From: Clostridia bacterium
Lineage (GTDB): Bacteria > Bacillota > Clostridia > Oscillospirales > CAG-272
Length of the DNA stretch: 64,000 bases
Assembly (NCBI GenBank): GCA_017461945.1
Contig: JAFTSB010000067.1
Span: forward strand, 42,781-106,780
Reading direction: 5' to 3'
Below are positions 1-8,772 of the stretch, one piece after another; position 1 is the stretch's first letter; the number at the start of each line of letters is the position of its first letter. A program made the position numbers and the translations under genes. The notes beneath the pieces were generated by a model. It searched no databases. It was not told where the DNA came from and was given only the letters and a program-made list of their open reading frames with translations.

Positions 1-1
1 G

Positions 2-1525
2 ATCAACGATCTGGTCAAAGTGCGTGGCATGACGACCGGAGCAGCCAGCCAATTGTTATATTGTGGGGGATTGAAGATTTGTACCACGGTGGATCCTGAG
101 CTCCAAGAAATTTTGGAAGCGCATTATGCAGACGGATCGAACTTTCCCACTCACAGCGACGGCAGGAAAGCACAAAGCGCTATGATGATTGCAGACCCCG
201 ATACCGGCGATATTTTGGCTATTGTGGGTGCCGTCGGAGAAAAGCGCGGAAATCGCATTCAGAATTATGCCATAGATGCCAAGCGTCCTTCGGGCTCGGT
301 GATCAAACCCTTGTCGGTATTTGCCCCTGCTCTGGAAAAGGGGTTGATCACATGGTCAACGGTCTTTGACGATGTTCCAAAGCAGTTCCGCTCCAACGGT
401 GCCCCCTGGCCGAGGAACTCGCCCAATCTGTATCGTGGGCTTACCAATGTCAGCGCCGCGCTAACACACTCCATCAACACCGTCAGCGTATCGGTGCTGG
501 AACGGTTGGGCTGCGGTTCTTCTTATCGTTTTCTTTCTCAAACACTGGGTTTTTCTTCTCTTGACCCGGTATTGGATACCGGAACAGCTGCATTGGCTTT
601 GGGACAACAGCAGAACGGAGTAACCTTGATAGAATTGATGGGCGGATATACAGCGCTGGCTAACGGTGGGATATACTCCAATCTGCGTAGCTACGAAACG
701 GTGACAGATCAAAATGACAATGTTCTTTTGAGCAAAGAGATTACCCAGCATCGCGCATTGGAGCGTGATAACGCGGCGATTATGACCATGCTGCTTCGCC
801 AGGTCACCAGGCAGGGAACGGCAAAGAGCATGACGCTGACGGAACAGGTCGATGTAGCAGGGAAAACAGGGACCTCAAGCAACAACTGTGACAAATGGTT
901 TATTGGGTACACGCCAGAGCTTTTGGCCGGCGTGTGGTATGGTTATGAATATCCGGAAAGCCTTTCGGATGTAAAGGGAAATCCTGCGCTTGCCACCTTT
1001 GATGCCGTGATGAATCAAGTCCTTTCGATTCGTCCGGCGAAAAAAAGGCAGTTGGATACCGAGGGGGACTTGGTGGCCGTTCGGTATTGCAAGGATTCGG
1101 GAAGGCTGATGAGCGAGGCGTGTCAGCACGACCCACGCGGAGACCGATCGGAGATCGGATATTTTAAAAGGGGAACACAACCAACGGAGCAATGTCAATG
1201 TCACGTTCTGATTTCTTATTGCTCGCAAGGGGGCGTGGCATGCGAAAACTGCCCACCGGAGGAGTGCCAATACAGCGCATTGCTGCGCATTAGCAGAAGC
1301 TTTCCACGGCAAGTGAAGGTTTTGGATGCCCCTTACACGTATGGTGGCCCGGTTATAAAAAAAGAACACCATTTAACAAATAATGAGCCATATTATGTCG
1401 AAAACGATCGTTCTAAACGAAATGTCGGTGTTGGAATGGATGTAATTCCGTATAACCGTCTTTGTCCGTTTCATTCTTGCACGGATAATTTTTGGAGGCG
1501 TCGACAGGGAGAGCGCATCGCATAA
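2..1525 (+). CDS. Class A penicillin-binding protein (PBP1A family), transpeptidase part, 5'-truncated by the window edge
   Basis: SxxK (SVIK), SxN (SIN) and KTG motifs; frame open to the window start; Cys-rich C-terminal tail. Confidence 0.9.
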   Translation: MNDLVKVRGMTTGAASQLLYCGGLKICTTVDPELQEILEAHYADGSNFPTHSDGRKAQSAMMIADPDTGDILAIVGAVGEKRGNRIQNYAIDAKRPSGSVIKPLSVFAPALEKGLITWSTVFDDVPKQFRSNGAPWPRNSPNLYRGLTNVSAALTHSINTVSVSVLERLGCGSSYRFLSQTLGFSSLDPVLDTGTAALALGQQQNGVTLIELMGGYTALANGGIYSNLRSYETVTDQNDNVLLSKEITQHRALERDNAAIMTMLLRQVTRQGTAKSMTLTEQVDVAGKTGTSSNNCDKWFIGYTPELLAGVWYGYEYPESLSDVKGNPALATFDAVMNQVLSIRPAKKRQLDTEGDLVAVRYCKDSGRLMSEACQHDPRGDRSEIGYFKRGTQPTEQCQCHVLISYCSQGGVACENCPPEECQYSALLRISRSFPRQVKVLDAPYTYGGPVIKKEHHLTNNEPYYVENDRSKRNVGVGMDVIPYNRLCPFHSCTDNFWRRRQGERIA

Positions 1526-1529
1526 AAGG

Positions 1530-1556
1530 CGCCCCACATCAACACGATGTGGGGCG
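1530..1556. terminator. Intrinsic terminator between convergent genes
   Basis: 11-bp stem cgccccacatc/gatgtggggcg followed by a T-rich run. Confidence 0.7.
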
Positions 1557-1567
1557 TTCCTTCTTTC

Positions 1568-1783
1568 TTATTGTTCCTCTTTTTTCAACGCTTCCTTCTT
1601 GACATACCAGCAGATACCGCTGATAATTCCCACAAGGCCAACGCTTACCAATATGACAACGATCACCGGCGGGATCACAGTACCCGCGCAGAAATTGATC
1701 ACAATAAAAGCATCCGCTGCCACAATGGCAACAACGCCGATCAAGAACAGTACCTTCAAAAACATCAAAAACTTCATTTGCAT
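1568..1783 (-). CDS. Small two-TM membrane protein
   Basis: Start MQMKFLMF after a gagg SD; two hydrophobic helices, basic tail; lies directly after the 63-aa ORF. Confidence 0.6.
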   Translation of the reverse strand: MQMKFLMFLKVLFLIGVVAIVAADAFIVINFCAGTVIPPVIVVILVSVGLVGIISGICWYVKKEALKKEEQ

Positions 1784-1787
1784 ATCC

Positions 1788-1979
1788 TCATTTCTTTTCT
1801 TTTTGCAGGGCATACCGAACAACGCCAAGAATGGAGCTGATCGCCGCCACGATCAAAAGGGGCAAGACGATGTAAAGCGGAAAAATCTCTTTATCCGCAA
1901 AGATATTGACCATATTCAACGCGCAGGCCAACAAAAAGGTGATACTGCCAATCAGCAGCAATCCTCTGATAATTTTCAT
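1788..1979 (-). CDS. Small two-TM membrane protein
   Basis: 63 aa, gaaggag SD, two hydrophobic helices, basic tail, downstream of mnmA. Confidence 0.65.
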   Translation of the reverse strand: MKIIRGLLLIGSITFLLACALNMVNIFADKEIFPLYIVLPLLIVAAISSILGVVRYALQKEKK

Positions 1980-1998
1980 GATCCTTCTCCTTCACAAA

Positions 1999-3039
1999 TT
2001 AACATATATATCCGCCGCCCACAAGATAGTCGCCGTCATAAAGCACCAGCGATTGTCCGGGGCAGACAGCGCGCTGTGGGGTATCAAACTCGGCGATCAA
2101 GGTATGCTCGTCGATCTGTTCCACACGGGCAGGGCTTGCCTCTTGCCGATATCTGGCCTTGGCCAAAAGCTTCCTAGGGGTATGGAGTGTTTCAAAGGGA
2201 ATAAAATTGATATTTTTTGCCATAACGCGGGTGGTGAACAGTTCTTCGTTTGTTCCCAGCGTTACCGTGTTATCAGAGGCGGATTTTGCGGTAACAAAGG
2301 CAGGCTTTCCGAGAGCAATTCCCAATCCCTTGCGCTGACCGATGGTGTAACAGAGCTGTCCTTGGTGAGTGCCCAATACATTTCCATTTCGATCAATGTA
2401 TGATCCCGGCGCAGGAGTGCGCCCGGTGAAACGTCGGATAAACGCGGCGTAATCGCCGTCCGGTACAAAGCATATATCCTGACTGTCCTTTTTGCGTGCC
2501 ATTGGAAATCCGTTTTCCTCTGCTATTTCCCGCGCTTCTGTCTTGGAAAGCTCTCCCAAGGGAAATACACATCGCGCCAACACATTCTGCGACAGAGACC
2601 AAAGCATATAGGTTTGATCCTTGCTCGCATCCAAGGCGCGTCGCAGCAGGGTGCGGCCGTTTTGCCGTTCCAAACGAATGTAATGGCCGGTGGCAATCCG
2701 ATCATAACCCTTTTGCACGGCAAAATCCAACAAAGCGCCAAATTTTATAGATTTGTTGCAAAAAATGCAAGGGTTTGGCGTGAGACCGGCTTCATATGCC
2801 TGAACGAAAGGGTCGATCACAAAACGGGAAAAATCGTCTTTCAGATCTGCCACATAATGGGGGATTTGCAGCAGAGAGCAGACTTGTCTGGCGCCCGAAA
2901 TATCATCTTGTGCAGCGTCGTCATTCAGCAGACACATGGTCACCCCAGCCGTTTTTTCTGCCAGTCCGGAAGCAAGCAAGGCTGCCACTGCGCTATCCAC
3001 ACCGCCGCTCATGGCAATCATAATGCCGTTATTGCTCAT
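1999..3039 (-). CDS. mnmA: tRNA 2-thiouridylase MnmA
   Basis: AMSGGVDS, TPNPCIFCN, ATGHY, KDQTY, DSQDICF and YTIGQRKGLG motifs; start moved to MSNNG. Confidence 0.97.
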   Translation of the reverse strand: MSNNGIMIAMSGGVDSAVAALLASGLAEKTAGVTMCLLNDDAAQDDISGARQVCSLLQIPHYVADLKDDFSRFVIDPFVQAYEAGLTPNPCIFCNKSIKFGALLDFAVQKGYDRIATGHYIRLERQNGRTLLRRALDASKDQTYMLWSLSQNVLARCVFPLGELSKTEAREIAEENGFPMARKKDSQDICFVPDGDYAAFIRRFTGRTPAPGSYIDRNGNVLGTHQGQLCYTIGQRKGLGIALGKPAFVTAKSASDNTVTLGTNEELFTTRVMAKNINFIPFETLHTPRKLLAKARYRQEASPARVEQIDEHTLIAEFDTPQRAVCPGQSLVLYDGDYLVGGGYIC

Positions 3040-3544
3040 GGCTGTCATTCCAATCAAATTTGGTGAGTTGACCCTCTTGGCAAAGGCCGGCAAAGTCGTG
3101 CTGACGCAGAATCTCATACACCGCGATGGCCACGGTGTTGGAGAGGTTTAAGCTGCGAAGTCCGTTGCGCATGGGGAGTCGAACTGCCTTGTTGGGATGG
3201 GCAAATAAAAGCTCCTCAGGCAGACCGGCACTCTCTTTGCCAAACATAATAAAAACCTCGTCAGGATAAGACACCTCGGTGTAAAGGTGCTTGCCCTTGG
3301 TGGTGAAATAAAAGATGTTTGCACCCGGGTGCTTAGCATTAAAATCGTCCAAGCCATCGTAATACGTAATATCCAGCTTATCCCAGTAATCAAGGCCTGC
3401 GCGCTTTAGCTTTTTATCATCCACGGTGAATCCCATAGGGCGAATCAAGTGCAAGGAAGCGCCGGTGGCGGCACATGTTCTTGCAATATTACCCGTATTC
3501 TGGGGAATTTCGGGCTCGTGAAGCACGATATTGATATGCGGCAT
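3029..3544 (-). CDS. trmL: tRNA (cytidine/uridine-34-2'-O)-methyltransferase TrmL
   Basis: PEIPQNTGNIARTCA, RAGLDYW, FGKESAGLP and RSLNLSN SPOUT motifs; aggagg SD. Confidence 0.95.
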   Translation of the reverse strand: MPHINIVLHEPEIPQNTGNIARTCAATGASLHLIRPMGFTVDDKKLKRAGLDYWDKLDITYYDGLDDFNAKHPGANIFYFTTKGKHLYTEVSYPDEVFIMFGKESAGLPEELLFAHPNKAVRLPMRNGLRSLNLSNTVAIAVYEILRQHDFAGLCQEGQLTKFDWNDSHEQ

Positions 3545-3699
3545 ATTCTTCCTCCTTGCCATACTGGTTTCATTATATCGCATTTCTGCTTATTTCGCAA
3601 GAGAAACGAAAATAATTTGCAAATTTTTTTATATTGTTATAGCATTTTCCACTTATATGTAGTATAATAAATTCTAATATTATGTTACGGAGGAATTCC

Positions 3700-6438
3700 A
3701 TGGGGCTTTTCCGCAAGTTGTTCGGTTCTTACAGCGACCGACAAATCAAAAAACTGAAAAAGATTGCCGATGAAATCGAGGCCTTGGCTCCCACCTATGC
3801 CGCTATGTCTAACGAGGAGCTGGCCGGCGTGACCGCAAAGCTCAAGCAAAGACTGGCTGATGGAGAAGAGCTTGACGATATTTTGTGTGATGCTTACGCC
3901 GCCATTCGTGAAGCGGACGAGCGCGTGTTGGGCAAGCGCCCCTTTTACGTGCAGTTGTTGGGCGCTATCATTTTGCATCAAGGGCGCATTGCTGAGATGA
4001 AAACCGGTGAAGGTAAAACGCTGGTGGCAACAATGCCTGCCTATCTGAACGCTTTGGCCGGCGAGGGCGTGCACGTCGTCACCGTAAACGACTATCTGGC
4101 TCGCCGTGACAGTGAGGAAATGGGTCGCGTCTACTCCTTTATGGGGCTTTCTACAGGTCTTGTGGTACACGGTCTGTCTCCGGCTGAAAAGCAGGCTGCT
4201 TATGCCGCCGATATTACCTACGGTACCAATAATGAGTTTGGCTTTGACTACCTGCGCGATAACATGGTGGTCTATAAAAAAGACATGGTACAGCGCGGTC
4301 ACGTTTTTGCCATTGTTGACGAGGTGGACTCGATCCTGATCGACGAAGCGCGTACTCCCTTGATCATTTCGGGCGCAGGACAGAAGTCCACAGATCTTTA
4401 TGATCGCACCAATGAGTTGGTTCGCCGTATGACCAAGCTGATCCGCAAGGAAGTGGATAACAAAGAGGAAACTGACGAGGTGGACGCCGACTATCTGGTG
4501 GACGAAAAGGCAAGAAATGCCATTTTGACTCCCAGAGGTGCCAAGCGTGCCGAGGAGTTTTTTGGTATTGAAAACCTCAACGACCCCGAAAACGCCGACC
4601 TCGCCCATCATGTAAAACAAGCGATCCACGCTTATGGTGTCATGAAGCGCGATGTGGATTACGTCGTCAATGAGAACGGTGTTATGATCGTGGATTCCTT
4701 CACCGGCCGTATTATGCCCGGACGCCGCTATTCCAACGGCTTGCATCAGGCGATCGAGGCCAAAGAGGGGGTACAGGTCCAAAAAGAAAATCGCACCCTG
4801 GCTACCATCACCTTCCAGAATTACTTCCGCATGTATCGCAAGCTTTCCGGTATGACGGGCACTGCACTGACCGAGGAGACCGAATTCCGCGAAATCTATG
4901 CTTTGGATGTGGTAGAGGTTCCTACCAATCGTCCCATGATCCGCATTGACCAAAACGATGTGGTCTATAAGAACACCAAGGGCAAATACGATGCCATTGT
5001 GGCGCAGATTGAGGAGTGCCATCGAAAGGGCCAGCCGGTTCTGGTGGGCACCGTCAGCGTTGACAAATCCGAGGAATTGTCTGCACGCTTGAAAAAACAC
5101 GGTATTCCGCATAATGTGCTGAATGCCAAGCATCACGAGCGAGAAGCGGAAATCGTTGCCCAGGCGGGTAAGTTCGGAGCTGTGACCATCTCCACCAATA
5201 TGGCGGGGCGTGGTACTGACATTATGCTGGGTGGCAACTCGGAATTTATGGCCAAAAACGAAATGCGCAAGCAGGGAATTCCTGAGGAGCTGATCGCTAT
5301 GGCCACGGGTACTGCCGATATCGACGATGACGAAATTCGGGAGGCAAGACTCACCTTCCAAAAGCTCAATGAGCATTTCAAGGACCTGATCGCCCCTGAG
5401 GCCGATCGTGTTCGGGAGGCCGGAGGCCTGTATATTTTAGGCACAGAGCGCCACGAGAGCCGTCGCATTGATAACCAGCTCCGCGGTCGTTCCGGCCGCC
5501 AGGGTGACCCCGGCGAATCTCGCTTCTTCCTTTCCTTGGAGGACGATTTGATGCGCTTGTTTGGTGGCGACCGTATGATTAATATGGTGGAAAAGCTGGG
5601 ACTTCCCGAGGATCAGCCGATCAATGCGGGTATCTTGTCCAGCTCGATCGAAAACGCTCAAAAGCGCATTGAGGAAAACAACTTCAAGCGCAGAAAATAC
5701 GTGTTGACCTATGATGACGTGATGAACCAACAACGCAATCTTATCTATGAACAGCGTTTGCAGGTTCTCAACGGTGAGGATATTTCCGACACAATTCTTT
5801 CTATGATGCGTTCTTCTATTGAAGAAACGGTAGCGGCCTATGTAGGAGGCGACGATGGCGCCAACCTGGAGGGGCTAGCGGAACAATACAGCTATCTTTT
5901 GGCAGAAGGTGAGCTTTCTGACGATCACAAACAGAAAGCCGACGATCTTGTCGAGTTCATCTACCAAAAGGCTTTGGATGTTTACAATGGTAAAAAGGAG
6001 TTGTTCGGTGCGGATGTGTTCCCGGAGGTGGAGCGCTCGATCTTGCTGCAAACGGTAGACCGCCATTGGATGGAGCATATCGACACCATGGACGATCTAA
6101 AGGAGAGCATTGGCCTGCAGGCATATGCGCAGCGCGATCCCGTTAACGAGTATCGCCTGCAGGGCGCAGATCTGTTTGACGTTATGGTGGCCGAGATACG
6201 GGCAGAAACCGTTCGCATCATTCTTTCTGCCGTTCCTCGCACGCAGACGGTGCAACGTGTACAGGTTGCCAAGCCCTTGGCAGAAAGCTTTGCCGGCGCT
6301 GCAGGGCAGGAGAAAAAGAAAACCACTGTTGTGGTGCGCAAGGCCGAAAAGGTGGGCAGAAATGATCTTTGCCCCTGCGGCAGCGGAAAGAAATACAAAA
6401 AGTGCTGTGGTGCCCCCGGCAACGGCGGCGAGCAGTAA
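3700..6438 (+). CDS. secA: Preprotein translocase ATPase SecA
   Basis: MKTGEGKT, DEVDSILIDEARTPLIIS, TNMAGRGTDI and C-terminal CPCGSGKKYKKCC. Confidence 0.99.
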   Translation: MGLFRKLFGSYSDRQIKKLKKIADEIEALAPTYAAMSNEELAGVTAKLKQRLADGEELDDILCDAYAAIREADERVLGKRPFYVQLLGAIILHQGRIAEMKTGEGKTLVATMPAYLNALAGEGVHVVTVNDYLARRDSEEMGRVYSFMGLSTGLVVHGLSPAEKQAAYAADITYGTNNEFGFDYLRDNMVVYKKDMVQRGHVFAIVDEVDSILIDEARTPLIISGAGQKSTDLYDRTNELVRRMTKLIRKEVDNKEETDEVDADYLVDEKARNAILTPRGAKRAEEFFGIENLNDPENADLAHHVKQAIHAYGVMKRDVDYVVNENGVMIVDSFTGRIMPGRRYSNGLHQAIEAKEGVQVQKENRTLATITFQNYFRMYRKLSGMTGTALTEETEFREIYALDVVEVPTNRPMIRIDQNDVVYKNTKGKYDAIVAQIEECHRKGQPVLVGTVSVDKSEELSARLKKHGIPHNVLNAKHHEREAEIVAQAGKFGAVTISTNMAGRGTDIMLGGNSEFMAKNEMRKQGIPEELIAMATGTADIDDDEIREARLTFQKLNEHFKDLIAPEADRVREAGGLYILGTERHESRRIDNQLRGRSGRQGDPGESRFFLSLEDDLMRLFGGDRMINMVEKLGLPEDQPINAGILSSSIENAQKRIEENNFKRRKYVLTYDDVMNQQRNLIYEQRLQVLNGEDISDTILSMMRSSIEETVAAYVGGDDGANLEGLAEQYSYLLAEGELSDDHKQKADDLVEFIYQKALDVYNGKKELFGADVFPEVERSILLQTVDRHWMEHIDTMDDLKESIGLQAYAQRDPVNEYRLQGADLFDVMVAEIRAETVRIILSAVPRTQTVQRVQVAKPLAESFAGAAGQEKKKTTVVVRKAEKVGRNDLCPCGSGKKYKKCCGAPGNGGEQ

Positions 6439-6460
6439 AAAGAAGAAGGGAGTGTAAAAT

Positions 6461-7066
6461 ATGGGCTTTGGTTGGTTGCTTGTAGGTTATTTCTTTGCCA
6501 ATTTCATGTCTCTGTACTCTCCCTTGTCCATCGGTATGCTGATCGGTTATCCCATGATGATCATGGGATTATACCGATTGGCGCCGTATCATAACCGCTT
6601 TCGATATACCTTTTATCTTTCATTCCTATCCTTGCCCTTTGCCATCTATTTTTCCTTGTATGGCTTGGCGCAGATGGGATTTGGATCGTATCCCTTTCTG
6701 GGCGGCATCTTTTTCATGGTGATGGAATGGGGGTATTTTATCTTTTCTTTCGCGTTTCACGCCTTTCTTTTAAGCGCCATTGCCGCTCTGACCCAGGAAT
6801 TGGGGCTTGCGGCGTTGCAGGGAAATGCTTGGCGCAATATGATTTTTGTTGCGCTTTATTACATCCTGGATTGCTTTGCTCGATTGCCCATTGGTTGGGT
6901 CCTGGCGCATCGCAACTATTTTTCGCTATCCGTGATTTTGCTGCGCATTATTTTTATGATGTTGAATATGTATCTGATCTTTAAATGCTATCGGCACATT
7001 TGCCCCGAAGGGGACGAAACCATGCCGGAGCCCAAGAGAAAAGGGGAGAAAGGAGAGAAAAAATGA
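6461..7066 (+). CDS. Hypothetical multi-pass membrane protein
   Basis: 201 aa, several hydrophobic helices, gggag SD, directly after secA. Confidence 0.75.
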   Translation: MGFGWLLVGYFFANFMSLYSPLSIGMLIGYPMMIMGLYRLAPYHNRFRYTFYLSFLSLPFAIYFSLYGLAQMGFGSYPFLGGIFFMVMEWGYFIFSFAFHAFLLSAIAALTQELGLAALQGNAWRNMIFVALYYILDCFARLPIGWVLAHRNYFSLSVILLRIIFMMLNMYLIFKCYRHICPEGDETMPEPKRKGEKGEKK

Positions 7067-8448
7067 ATGATAGTTACCGTCCCGCGCGACTGACGCTGGT
7101 CTTTATAGGTCTTTGCTTTTTCTTTAATCCTCCCTTTGCCGTGATCGACGTTCTTCCTGATTTTATTGGGTGCTTGCTGATCTGTCTCGGCCTTTTGCGC
7201 GTGGCTCCTATCTGCGCCCCTCTCGCCGAGGCAAGGAAGGCCTTTTTAAAGGTTGGAGCGATCGATATCGTGAAAAATCTGGCCTTGATGATCATTTTTG
7301 GCGCCGGAACCGGAGCGGAGCAGCCCACGGCTATTTTATTGGCCGCCTTCTTGACCGCTACTGTGGGACTTTTCTTTTTAATTCCTGCAATGCGCCACCT
7401 GTTCACGGGCTTTACGCACCTTGCTATGAACTATGAACACGTCGCCCTATATGAAAGCAATTTGGGCTATCTTTCCTATACGGATCGTTTGGAAAAGCTG
7501 ACCTATGTTTTTCTTGTGTTCCGCGAGATTGTTTCGCTTTTGCCCGAAATGACGGCGCTGACGATCAGCTCTTACCAGGATTCGGGAGTGAATCGCATTT
7601 ACGATCACATTGGTGTGATGCGTGGAATGGCTTGCATTTTAGTGAGTGTTTTTGGCATTTATTGGCTGGTTCGTGTGCTGATGTATCGGCATAAATGGGT
7701 CGCTTATTCGCCTTTGACCGATGGGGTGGGCATCCGATGTGGAGAATACTATGCGGCACATCCCGGTATTGCTGTGCTGCGTCGACACGGTGTTGGCTTT
7801 TTGCTGGTGCTGATCGGCGGTGCATTTTTAATCGACTTTTATTTGGATTTTCAAAACATTTTTCCGGATTGGGTGGCGGCACTTTTGATTCTTATAGGTG
7901 CGCTTTGTATGAACGTGGCCCTCAAATTTCGCCTGTTTGCTGCAGGCTCTGCAGTTGTTTATGGCTTGGCATCTGCCGTCTCTTCACGGTTGGCGTATGA
8001 TTTTTCGTTCCAGTATAGCGTGGGTGAAATTTCCAAAAGTAAAGAGGCAACCACCGCATACAACAAAATGTGGGCAGCCTCCCTTGTGGAATTTTTGCTT
8101 TTTCTTGTTCTTTTGGCGGCGTTGTTGCTATTGCTGCGAGTCGTGATCCGGCAATGGGCAGGATATCGCGCACAGCACACCGATGAAGGCTTTGAAGATC
8201 GCTATCACGCCGATTTTTTGGCACAAATGGATAGCAAGCTGATTGGATTGATGATATCGGGCTTTGTTACCGGCTTGTTCTCCTTTTTGTTTGATTACAT
8301 TAAAACGCCCGTGGGAAAGGGCATTTACCATTTGCTGGAGTTCACCTGGATCTTTGATTTTTGCGCATCCTTGCTGTTTGCCGCTTTATTGGGCGCGTTT
8401 CTTTTCCGGGTCTATCATGAAATTAAAAACAGATTTCAATATGATTGA
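7063..8448 (+). CDS. Hypothetical multi-pass membrane protein
   Basis: Start MNDSYRP with ATGA overlap of the upstream stop and aggag SD; many TM segments. Confidence 0.75.
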   Translation: MNDSYRPARLTLVFIGLCFFFNPPFAVIDVLPDFIGCLLICLGLLRVAPICAPLAEARKAFLKVGAIDIVKNLALMIIFGAGTGAEQPTAILLAAFLTATVGLFFLIPAMRHLFTGFTHLAMNYEHVALYESNLGYLSYTDRLEKLTYVFLVFREIVSLLPEMTALTISSYQDSGVNRIYDHIGVMRGMACILVSVFGIYWLVRVLMYRHKWVAYSPLTDGVGIRCGEYYAAHPGIAVLRRHGVGFLLVLIGGAFLIDFYLDFQNIFPDWVAALLILIGALCMNVALKFRLFAAGSAVVYGLASAVSSRLAYDFSFQYSVGEISKSKEATTAYNKMWAASLVEFLLFLVLLAALLLLLRVVIRQWAGYRAQHTDEGFEDRYHADFLAQMDSKLIGLMISGFVTGLFSFLFDYIKTPVGKGIYHLLEFTWIFDFCASLLFAALLGAFLFRVYHEIKNRFQYD

Positions 8449-8476
8449 ATAGACTGCAGATCGTTGCATCATACTA
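8447..8476 (+). promoter_or_regulatory. SigmaG-type forespore promoter
   Basis: GAATA-18 bp-CATACTA matches the B. subtilis sigmaG consensus. Confidence 0.65.
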
Positions 8477-8514
8477 TTTCTGTACCCCAATGAAATACAA
8501 GGAGATGCAAGATC

Positions 8515-8661
8515 ATGGAAAACCGCAATCAAAACCAAAACCAAAACAAAGACAAAAATCAGAATCAGAACCAAAATCAAAATCAGCAGCAAAGCCAAAA
8601 TAAAAACCAGAACAACCAAAATCAAAATCGCAGCGAAAACAAGCAAAACCAAAACGATTGA
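8515..8661 (+). CDS. 48-aa Asn/Gln-rich small protein, SASP-like (not in the ORF track)
   Basis: MENRNQNQNQNKDKNQ...; 35 of 48 residues are N or Q; aaggag SD; own promoter and terminator. Confidence 0.75.
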   Translation: MENRNQNQNQNKDKNQNQNQNQNQQQSQNKNQNNQNQNRSENKQNQND

Positions 8662-8671
8662 TGGAGTGTTC

Positions 8672-8704
8672 AAAGGAGCCGGAAAAATTCCGGCTCCTTT
8701 TTTC
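8672..8704 (+). terminator. Intrinsic terminator
   Basis: aaaggagccggaa/ttccggctccttt stem plus T run. Confidence 0.85.
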
Positions 8705-8715
8705 ATGTCGCATTG

Positions 8716-8744
8716 TTGCTTTTTGTGGCGAATTATTGTATAAT
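8716..8744 (+). promoter_or_regulatory. SigmaA promoter of pcrA
   Basis: TTGCTT-17-TATAAT. Confidence 0.6.
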
Positions 8745-8772
8745 GAAAGAGAATATAAAAGAGAGGTTGGCC

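Noticed and set aside
3685-5376. Long antisense ORFs (also 19062-20615, 34559-35839, 41965-42795, 43306-44151)
   Set aside because: Shadow frames opposite well-conserved genes, caused by codon bias.
8386-8713. Minus-strand hydrophobic (106 aa) and DFGF-repeat (66 aa) ORFs
   Set aside because: Antisense shadows of the NQ-repeat gene, which has the promoter, SD and terminator on the + strand.
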